DNA from: SAR202 cluster bacterium
GTDB taxonomy: Bacteria; Chloroflexota; Dehalococcoidia; Lucifugimonadales; GCA-2712585
Direction: 5' to 3'
DNA length: 64,000 nucleotides
NCBI GenBank assembly: GCA_016872285.1
Contig: VGZZ01000007.1
Span: 180-64,179 of the forward strand
How positions within the stretch are numbered: the first letter of the stretch is position 1; every line of letters begins with the position of its first letter. The notes under the pieces are model-generated. The model was not told the DNA's origin, ran no database searches, and saw only the letters and a list, made by a program, of their open reading frames with translations. Of this stretch, positions 56,643 through 64,000 are shown piece after piece. The position numbers were made by a program, and so were the translations under genes.

Positions 56643-57872
56643 ATGAAATCCAGCTTTCGGTTCGTCGACAGCGACATGCACATCATGGAGCCCTGGGACA
56701 TCTTTGACCGATATCTAGACAAAAAATTCCGCCACCGCGTCTCCGTCCCCATCGACAAAGACGGCCGTGCCCGACGCGGCGTCGTCATGATCGACGGCCT
56801 CCCCCGCTCCGCTGACGACGACATCGAGCAGTTCCGCAAGCGACCTATAACCACCAAATCAGGACCCGCCAAGTCCGACTCCACCCAGCCCCTCTCCGGC
56901 TCCCGCATCGCCGGCCGCCTCGATTTCGCTATCCAGCGCGGCTACGACGCCCAGGCTCAGGTCATGGCCATGGAGATGGAGGGCATCGATATCGCCGTCC
57001 TGTTTCCCACCCTCTACCTAAACGTCATCGCCCGCGACGACATGGACCCGCAGCTTTCCCTGGCCCTATGCCAGGCCTACAACAACTGGGTCCACGCGTT
57101 CTCTCAGCACAGCCCTGACCAGCTAAAATTCGCCGCCATCCTTCCAGTCCACGACGTCAACCTCGCCTGCCGGGAATTGCAGCGATGCGTCAAAGAGCTG
57201 GGCGCCGTCGGCTCGTTTATACGACCCAACATGACCAACGGCCGCTACTGGCATTCCAACTACTGGTCTCCCCTTTACTCCCTCCACGAAGAGCTGAACG
57301 TGGCCTGGTGCTTTCACGAAGGCACCGGCGCCTGGTACTCTCACATGAACGACCTCTACGGCGAGAACCGGTTCTATCGACACGTCGCCAGCCACTGGAT
57401 CGAAATGCAGCAGGCCCTCATCGCCCAGATCATCGGCGGCGTCTTCGAGTTTCACCCCAGGCTGCGCGTCGGCTTCCTGGAGGCCCAGAACTCCTGGGTG
57501 CCCGGCATTCTCACACGCATCGAATGGGACTACCCCCAGTACCGCGACACCCATGCGCCCTATCTGAGCCTTACGCCTAAGGAGTACTTCCAGCGCAACT
57601 GCTGGGCCGCCGTCGAAGGCAGCGAGCCGGAAATCGAGCCTACCGCCGGCCTCATCGGCGCCGACCGCATGTGCATCTCCACCGACTATCCCCACTTCGA
57701 CTCCAACTTCCCCAACGTGTCGGAAAACCTGCTGCGCGGCGTCTCCAAAGAAACCGCCGCTAAAATCCTCGGCGGCGGCGCGTCCCTCTACGCCCTGAGC
57801 GAATCCGACTTCAAAAAAGCCGACGCCGCGGCCTCCCGCCTCAAACAGAAAACCCGCGCACCGGCCAGCTAA
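56643..57872 (+). CDS. amidohydrolase-2 family protein
   Basis: 'FVDSDMHIMEP' and 'STDYPHFD'. Paralogous to 4524..5645. Confidence 0.85.
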   Translation: MKSSFRFVDSDMHIMEPWDIFDRYLDKKFRHRVSVPIDKDGRARRGVVMIDGLPRSADDDIEQFRKRPITTKSGPAKSDSTQPLSGSRIAGRLDFAIQRGYDAQAQVMAMEMEGIDIAVLFPTLYLNVIARDDMDPQLSLALCQAYNNWVHAFSQHSPDQLKFAAILPVHDVNLACRELQRCVKELGAVGSFIRPNMTNGRYWHSNYWSPLYSLHEELNVAWCFHEGTGAWYSHMNDLYGENRFYRHVASHWIEMQQALIAQIIGGVFEFHPRLRVGFLEAQNSWVPGILTRIEWDYPQYRDTHAPYLSLTPKEYFQRNCWAAVEGSEPEIEPTAGLIGADRMCISTDYPHFDSNFPNVSENLLRGVSKETAAKILGGGASLYALSESDFKKADAAASRLKQKTRAPAS

Positions 57873-57889
57873 GCCCCCATGCATGGGAA

Positions 57890-57923
57890 GGACATGGTGG
57901 AGCAAGCTTGCTCCACCATGTCC
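57890..57923. terminator. perfect 34-nt palindrome between convergent genes
   Basis: GGACATGGTGGAGCAAGCTTGCTCCACCATGTCC. No U-tract on either side. Confidence 0.5.
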
Positions 57924-57933
57924 CCTAATCTGC

Positions 57934-58503
57934 CTAAACCGCGGGCGACTCCCAGTCGTCCTCAGCCGTGATCCCTCCGTCCGTCCAGGTCCAGATGATC
58001 TTCTGGTAGACAAAGCTCACGTGCTCTCTGGTCTCAGTGGCGGTGCCACCCTCGTTCTGCAGTCGAACAGAGGATATGTGGGCGTTCTCCAACTTGATGG
58101 TGAAGTATTGCTCCTCCTTGCCGCCCTTGCCGGGCTTATAGAAGCGGAGCTCCACTTCCTTGATCTGCTCGTTGTTGACCAGCGCCTTAAAGATCAGCGG
58201 CGTCGACTTGTCTATCTCTTTGGTGATGGTGATAGGCTTGTGCTGCCGCTTGCCGGTGGGCAGTCCGGAGGCCGCGTCCCTGGGGCTGACGATTTCGTGG
58301 TTCATGCCAATAACCTCTATCCACCCCTCAAGGCCGGACCGCATGACTCCGCCCGGGATTGGTCCCTTCTCGCCAGTCAACTTCATGAATATGGTTGGCT
58401 GCTCCGCCCGCGCCGGGGCGGCGCTATTGGCCCCCAGGGACGCCATGATTCCTACCGCCAGCAGCAATACGAAGAACAGCGGAACAAGAACATTCCTTCT
58501 CAC
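57934..58503 (-). CDS. Hcp (T6SS tube protein TssD) family homologue with N-terminal Sec-type signal peptide
   Basis: 189 aa. After 'MRRNVLVPLFFVLLLAVGIMASLGANSAAPARA' comes 'IFMKLTGEKG..GWIEVIG..GKRQHKPITITKEIDKSTPLIFKAL..VELRFYKP..EEQYFTIKLENAHISSV..VSFVYQKIIWTWTDGGITAEDDWESP', collinear with Hcp family proteins. Confidence 0.8.
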   Translation of the reverse strand: MRRNVLVPLFFVLLLAVGIMASLGANSAAPARAEQPTIFMKLTGEKGPIPGGVMRSGLEGWIEVIGMNHEIVSPRDAASGLPTGKRQHKPITITKEIDKSTPLIFKALVNNEQIKEVELRFYKPGKGGKEEQYFTIKLENAHISSVRLQNEGGTATETREHVSFVYQKIIWTWTDGGITAEDDWESPAV

Positions 58504-58797
58504 AGTGCACCTCCATCAGGTTAGAATGGCGGGCATTATAGGCAACCTTCAGAGGTGCGCAATCGTCCAAACGGACAGGGGTCAATCGAAAATCGAGGTC
58601 AGCACGGAATCAAGGCCCCGCCCTGATCCCTCTCAGGGGCTTCTCTTCATTGCAGTACGCCCCTGGTGTAGGCAAAGAAGAGTCCCGAACCTGGTCCTAC
58701 CCCGAGCTAACAGGGTCGCTTCCATTAGTGGCCCTCACGGGCCATATCATGCTTTAGTCACACTGGTAAGCTACAGGCTTACAAAACAACCGGCGCG

Positions 58798-59043
58798 TTA
58801 ATCCACTACAACAGGTCCTGTTACGCAGTCCGCGACGGCCAGCGCATATTGACCTCCTCCAAAGGACGGATTCTCAACTAGCTGTGTAAATGCCTCGTCT
58901 AAGCACTCGCGCAGTGCTGATGGGTCAAAAATCCCTAGCCCAGGCGGCAGCGTCTGTGCCTGGGTCTGTCCGGTCAGCGCAAGTAGCAACGCCAAACTCA
59001 TTGCTAAAGCGGCTATCAGTCCTCCGGCCCTCACCCTTTTCAT
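58798..59043 (-). CDS. small secreted protein (81 aa, 2 Cys)
   Basis: 'MKRVRAGGLIAALAMSLALLLALTGQTQAQ' signal peptide. Start set at the internal ATG with a purine-rich SD. Confidence 0.5.
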   Translation of the reverse strand: MKRVRAGGLIAALAMSLALLLALTGQTQAQTLPPGLGIFDPSALRECLDEAFTQLVENPSFGGGQYALAVADCVTGPVVVD

Positions 59044-59505
59044 CTTCCGCCCCCCTTCCCCGTTTTCCACACGTGCGTTAAGCAACCCGCGCTCGGAGGG
59101 AATGTAACAGTAAGTTCGCTTTATGTCAACCACAAGTTTATATATGTGTCTAATTAATAACGATTTCTGTCATAAAATCTAAATATTTGGGATTTCTCAA
59201 CCTTGCCTATGTCGGCCTCTTGAATTAGCGGTTATGCGAGAAAGGCTTTGTCTTTTCATTCACGGGCATCAGCTTCCAGTATCACGACCGGCGGCTGCCG
59301 CAAAGCGCTCCGAAGGAAACAAATCGGGGAGAGATACATCATCAACTTTTTATCCACTTGGCTGATGGAAGATTGCTGTAGCCTTTGTTAGACTCTACGT
59401 CGTTGTTGCGTGGTGGCGGTGGAGGACGATGGGCCGTGGGTCTAGGACCTGCCGGAACGCCGACTGTTTGCCATTCCGCAAATCTCGCCGTTCTCTGGAG
59501 GTCAT

Positions 59506-60422
59506 ATGGAGGCCCTGGAATCCGCCACGTCCCGCGACGGGCTGCGTTTCTATCACCGCATCATCCCCCATCCTCAGCCTGAGTTCCTGCCGGTATTGTT
59601 TGTCAGCGGCGCCTTTCAGACCATGGACTCCTGGGCGCGCTTTGCGCGAGTTTTCGCGCGGCACACCACCGTGCTGCTGGTGGACCCGCCCGGCATGGGG
59701 CAGTCCGGCGTCCTCCCGCCCAGCCACGGCGTCGATTTTTTGGCCGGGTGCCTGAAGCAAGTGCTGGACGAGCGCGGCATAGACCGGGCCAATGTAGTCG
59801 CGGCGTCTTACGGCACCCCCAGCGCCTTCCGCATGGCGCAGCTTTATCCCGATAGAGTAGCCCGTGTAGCGCTGGGCGGCACCATGAGGGAACTGCCTGT
59901 CCATCTCCGCAAGAGGATCGCCGATACCGTCGAAACGGCTCTCAGAGGTGACCGCGTGCTGCTTGCCGATAAGATTGTGGAAGGGATGCTGTGCCACGAC
60001 CCGGACAGACCCATTGACCGCCGGGACCTGGCGGCGCGGGTCTTGGGGGCGGCATTCGTAGAATGTCCGATTTGGAGCTGCGGCAGTACGCCGCCAACAC
60101 GCGTCGCTTGCTAGACCACGAACCGCTGAATCTGGACGTGCCGGTGAGCGGACCGGAGGGTCTGGTGTTCACCGGCGAACACGACGTCTTCACCACCCCG
60201 GACCATTGCCAGGATATCGCGGGCGCCTTTGACCATGCGTGGCTCACCACCATCCAGCGCGCCGACCATCTATTCCATATCGAGCAGTTCGATACGGTGG
60301 TGGAGTTGCTGCTGCGTTTCATGCGAGGCAGGGTGCACGGGAGCATAGCAGGCTGCGAGGCCCTGGCGCCCGTGGGCCGTCTTAGTATTTCTGCCACAGA
60401 CCGAATATACGTGGGAGATTAA
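59506..60422 (+). pseudogene. alpha/beta hydrolase, frameshifted
   Basis: The N-part (59506..60114) holds the nucleophile elbow 'AASYGTP'. The C-part (60063..60422) holds 'GEHDV' and 'ADHLFHIEQ'. The frames meet near G5 run 60045..60049. Confidence 0.65.
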
Positions 60423-60502
60423 ATCACGGGCTTCACTGGCTTTGCAGAAAAACCCACATTAGCCCTATGGTGATACCATCCTGCCATGTGGCTACAGTGA
60501 CG

Positions 60503-61021
60503 CTACTTATTCAATCCCCTCTGCAAGCCCCTAAGATACCGAATGTGGCCCACATGCTCGCCAATTTCGCAGAACAGGTGCGTCCACATCCTCCCCACTG
60601 TGTACCCATGCCGACGCGGGTTGTCCGTCTTCGGCATCACGTCATAATCGCCCGCCTTCAAGTCCCTCACGTATGCCAGCGACTGCGCTCGCACCGCCTC
60701 CTTGTACGACCACACCTCCTTCATCGGCGGCAGCACAAAGGCCGACAGCTCCGCCTTCCCATACCGAGCCCCCGTCTGGTCTCCCGGTATCCCCCACTTC
60801 TTCGACCACCCATCCCTAACAAACACATGCGGCGCCTTCCTGGCGAATTCATTAACCCAGAGGTCCTCCGCCCGATTCATATGCCAGAAGATAAACCCAA
60901 TGGAATTCGTTTCATCGCTAGGCCGCCACTCCAACTCCTTCTTCGTCAACCCTTCCATGGCGTTACGCAAGTCCCGGTCCAACTCCTCAAAGGTCAATAC
61001 CACCATCGAATTCAAGTCCAT
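60503..61021 (-). CDS. DinB family protein
   Basis: 172 aa with 'SIGFIFWHMNRAED' and 'IGEHVGHIRYLRG' His motifs. Confidence 0.8.
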   Translation of the reverse strand: MDLNSMVVLTFEELDRDLRNAMEGLTKKELEWRPSDETNSIGFIFWHMNRAEDLWVNEFARKAPHVFVRDGWSKKWGIPGDQTGARYGKAELSAFVLPPMKEVWSYKEAVRAQSLAYVRDLKAGDYDVMPKTDNPRRHGYTVGRMWTHLFCEIGEHVGHIRYLRGLQRGLNK

Positions 61022-61031
61022 GATCAGCCTC

Positions 61032-62033
61032 CTAATATTCGTAGAACATCCTCTGAAGCTCTCCCTGCTCCTTCGTCTTCGTCAACCCCAGCATCAGCAG
61101 CACCCGCGCCTTCTGCGGCAGCAGGTTGTCGCACACCACCAATCCCAGCTTCCCCTTCTTCGGCGTCAGCATTACCCTCCCCGTGTTCACCCTCGACGCC
61201 AGCACCACCGCCACACAAGCCTTCACCGCCCGCACCGCCGCCGCCTCCACCCACGGCGTCGTGTTCCCCGACCCTAACCCCACCAGCACCAGCCCGTCCG
61301 ACTTGCTCTTCGTTACCGCGTCCACCAATAACCCCGACGCCCCTGTGTAGTTGTACACCATCTCCACCCTCGGCATCTCCTTCAGCCGCCCCACGTTGAA
61401 CTCGCTCGTCGATGTATGCCGCTTATCCGGCCTTCGATAGAACCTCACCTCGTGGTCCGAGTCGGCGTACCCTAACAGCCCCAGGTCGTAAGACTTGAAC
61501 GTCTCCACCCTATACGTGTCCGATTTGATCACATCCCGCGCCGAGTGTATCTGATTGTTCAGCATCACCATCACCCCTCGACCCGCCGCCTCCGGGCTGG
61601 CCGCCGCCTGTATCGAGTTCAGCAGGTTTATATGCGCGTCCGTCCCCACCGCCGACGCCGGCCGCATGGCCCCTGTCACCACCACCGGCTTGTCGCTCTT
61701 CACCGTCAGGTGCAGAAAGAACGCCGTCTCCTCCAGCGTCGCCGTCCCGTGGGTCAACACCACCCCGTCCACACCCTCGCCGCTCAACACCTTATTTATG
61801 CGGCGCGCCATATCCAGCCAGTGCAGCGGCGTTAGCGCTCCGCTGGCTTCATTAACGATGTCCTCGCTCTCCACCTTCGCCCACTTTTTCGCCTCCGGTA
61901 TCTGACCCAATAGCTCCGCCACCGGTATCCGATGCCCCACCTCCGGGTACGTCGTGTAGTCCAACCGATGCGGCCCAATGCTGGCGATGCTTCCCCCCGT
62001 CCCCAATACCATAACCGTCGGCTTGCGCGCCAT
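61032..62033 (-). CDS. L-asparaginase (type II-like)
   Basis: 'VLGTGGSIAS', 'VLTHGTATLEETAFFL', 'VVVTGAMRPAS'. Confidence 0.9.
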   Translation of the reverse strand: MARKPTVMVLGTGGSIASIGPHRLDYTTYPEVGHRIPVAELLGQIPEAKKWAKVESEDIVNEASGALTPLHWLDMARRINKVLSGEGVDGVVLTHGTATLEETAFFLHLTVKSDKPVVVTGAMRPASAVGTDAHINLLNSIQAAASPEAAGRGVMVMLNNQIHSARDVIKSDTYRVETFKSYDLGLLGYADSDHEVRFYRRPDKRHTSTSEFNVGRLKEMPRVEMVYNYTGASGLLVDAVTKSKSDGLVLVGLGSGNTTPWVEAAAVRAVKACVAVVLASRVNTGRVMLTPKKGKLGLVVCDNLLPQKARVLLMLGLTKTKEQGELQRMFYEY

Positions 62034-62158
62034 ATCTATTTCTCCAATAAAAATGCCGCCATTCTACGACTACACCACCTCCCTCTCAAGCGCACCTTGA
62101 CGCTCCCACCTGCCCAACTGATAATTCACCCAACCATAAATCCCTCACTGGAGGCCAC

Positions 62159-63850
62159 ATGCCCCGCTCCAAAAAGACCACCGGCAGCCACCTCATCGCC
62201 CGCGCCCTCAAGGCTGAAGGCGTCACCCCCTTCTTCGGCATCGCCGGCGACCACATCCTCCCCGTCCTCGACACCATGGCCGACTATGACTTCCGGTTCA
62301 TCGACACCCGCCACGAGCAGGCCGCCTCCTTCATGGCCGACGCCTATGGCCGCATTACAGGAAACCTCGGCGTCGTCATGGCCACTACCCCAGGCATGGC
62401 CAACGCTATCCCCGGCATGGCCAACGCCCTCCACTCGGAAAGCCCCATGCTCTCCATCGGCGGCTCCGCTGAGGTCGCCGAGCTTGGCAAAGGCGCCAAC
62501 CAGGAGATCGACCAGGTAAATCTCGCCGGCGCCGTCACCAAAGGCTCCTGGCTGGTCAACGACGCCCGACGCATCCCCGACATGATCTCCATGGCCGTCC
62601 GCACCGCCTACTCCGGCCGCCGAGGCCCCGTCCACCTCACCATACCCCTCGATGTTCAAGAGCAGTCTGTCGACGAAAGCGAAGTGACCCTCTATCCCAC
62701 CGGCCCTCTGCGCGAGTCGACACAGGTGCTAGCCAGCGGCGCTCAAATCCAGCAGGCCATTGCCCTCCTCAAGCAGGCCAAGAAGCCCCTTATCATCGCC
62801 GCCGCCTCCGCCGCCTACTCCCCGGACGGCTCCGCCCTCCAGCGCCTCATCGAGACCACCCGCATCCCTCTCCTCACCGCCGACCACGCTCGCGGCCTTG
62901 TCTCCGACGACCATCCTTACTGCCTCGGCTTCTTCGACAGCGCCCTCAACTGGTCCGCCAAGCTCACCGGCCAGGCCGACGCCGTCCTTATCCTCGGCAA
63001 AAAGTTTGATAATAGCATCCGATACGGCGCTGTCTATAACCCCAAGGCCAAACTCATCCAGGTCGACCCCTCCGCCACCGAAATCGGGCGCAACCACGCC
63101 GTCGATGTCGGCATGGTCGGCGACATCCAGACCATCGTCGGCCAGCTCGCCGACGAAGCCTCCGGCCACAAATGGCCCGACCACAAGGCCTGGATTAACG
63201 AGATGCGCGCCCAGCGGGAGGCCCAGATGGAGTGGTACGAAAGCAAGGCTGTTCCCAACACCCCTATGCACTCCACCTACGTCCACAAGACCCTCAGCCA
63301 GTTCCTCAAGCCTGATGACATCCTTGTCTGGGACGGCGGCGACTTTGGACACTTTGGCCGCGCCTATCACCCCGCCCGCAAACCCCTGAGCTGGTTCTAT
63401 TTCGCCCAGTTCGGCACCCTGGGCAACGGCCTGCCCACCGCCATCGCCGCCAAGGTCGCCCACCCCGACCGCCGCGTCGTCCTCATGGCCGGCGACGGCG
63501 GCTTCGGCTTCACGGCGATGGAGTACGACACCGCCGTCCGCCACAACCTCCCCGTCGTCGGCGTCCTAGGCAACGACGCCTGCTGGGGCATCGACTACCA
63601 CATCCAGGTCCAGATCTATGGCCGCGCCGTCGCCACCAACCTCCTCCAGACCCGCTACGACAAGGTCATCGACGGCCTTGGCGGCCTGGGCCTCCACGTC
63701 CAGCGCCCCGAGCAGCTAGCCCCCGCCCTCAAAAAAGCCTTCGCCTCCAACAAGCCATCCCTGGTCAACGTGGAAATCATCAACGGAATCAGCCCCCGCG
63801 CCGAAGCCGCCATCTCCCGATGGAAGGAACGCAAAGGCCACGATGTTTAG
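62159..63850 (+). CDS. thiamine diphosphate-dependent enzyme (acetolactate synthase / oxalyl-CoA decarboxylase family)
   Basis: 563 aa with 'FGIAGDHILP' and the TPP motif 'GDGGFGFTAMEYDTAVRHNLPVVGVLGND'. Confidence 0.9.
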   Translation: MPRSKKTTGSHLIARALKAEGVTPFFGIAGDHILPVLDTMADYDFRFIDTRHEQAASFMADAYGRITGNLGVVMATTPGMANAIPGMANALHSESPMLSIGGSAEVAELGKGANQEIDQVNLAGAVTKGSWLVNDARRIPDMISMAVRTAYSGRRGPVHLTIPLDVQEQSVDESEVTLYPTGPLRESTQVLASGAQIQQAIALLKQAKKPLIIAAASAAYSPDGSALQRLIETTRIPLLTADHARGLVSDDHPYCLGFFDSALNWSAKLTGQADAVLILGKKFDNSIRYGAVYNPKAKLIQVDPSATEIGRNHAVDVGMVGDIQTIVGQLADEASGHKWPDHKAWINEMRAQREAQMEWYESKAVPNTPMHSTYVHKTLSQFLKPDDILVWDGGDFGHFGRAYHPARKPLSWFYFAQFGTLGNGLPTAIAAKVAHPDRRVVLMAGDGGFGFTAMEYDTAVRHNLPVVGVLGNDACWGIDYHIQVQIYGRAVATNLLQTRYDKVIDGLGGLGLHVQRPEQLAPALKKAFASNKPSLVNVEIINGISPRAEAAISRWKERKGHDV

Positions 63851-63950
63851 CCTTTCGGCTAGACTCACCTCCTTTCTGTTCTTTTACCCCTTGATCATCT
63901 GGTAGCGATTGAGGTTTGAGATGGAAAATGGGGCTGATGGATTCCAAGCT

Positions 63951-64000
63951 AATTCCTTCTCCCTTGATGGGAGAAGGTGCAGAGCCTGTCCTGAGTATGC
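63951..64000 (-). repeat. family A hairpin plus 'ctcaggacaggct' module, cut by the window end
   Basis: 'aattccttctcccttgatgggagaaggtgcagagcctgtcctgagtatgc'. Confidence 0.7.

Noticed and set aside
57934-59133. A type VI secretion locus.
   Set aside because: Only the Hcp-like gene is present. No TssA-M, VgrG, PAAR or ClpV-like ORFs are in the window, so no T6SS can be claimed from this sequence.

Overview
High-GC, densely coding bacterial chromosomal segment with about 68 protein genes, one tRNA and no rRNA. I found no CRISPR array and no integrase or transposase. Most genes are housekeeping or catabolic. They include a GGT fragment, an MFS transporter, two tandem D-TA/DSD1-type PLP enzymes, three amidohydrolases, sbcD and an Asp23/AmaP/DUF2273 operon. 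Also present are glyQS, folK-folP, an acyl-CoA carboxylase beta subunit, pyrD, a PGI-like gene, a class V aminotransferase, tartrate dehydrogenase, UDG, asparaginase, a TPP enzyme and a heterodimeric ABC exporter. Gene content and repeat style suggest a Chloroflexota-like organism, but this is inference only and cannot be verified here.

Five things stand out:
1. A visibly AT-richer islet at about 7.8-10.6 kb carries an EVE(PUA-like)-nuclease fusion, a tightly coupled 94-aa unknown and a phage-like small protein. It is bordered by an iteron-like AT-rich block and a duplicated sbcD start. This is the best candidate for an undescribed defence-type cassette.
2. A tRNA(CAU)-linked low-GC patch holds vapBC, hicB plus a triple-nonsense hicA, a 51-nt duplicate of the tRNA 5' half, and a frameshifted DUF4256 gene.
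3. An orphan Hcp (T6SS tube) homologue carries a Sec-type signal peptide, with a small secreted protein next to it.
4. Almost every intergenic region is filled by mosaic hairpin repeats of three recombining families. One copy sits in-frame inside a membrane-protein CDS, one supplies the stop codon of the EVE gene, and one splits the ABC operon.
5. Four otherwise conserved genes are frameshifted, three at homopolymers. This argues for sequencing error but needs read-level checking.

Many long ORFs in the track are antisense shadows or repeat-derived N-terminal extensions and were rejected.
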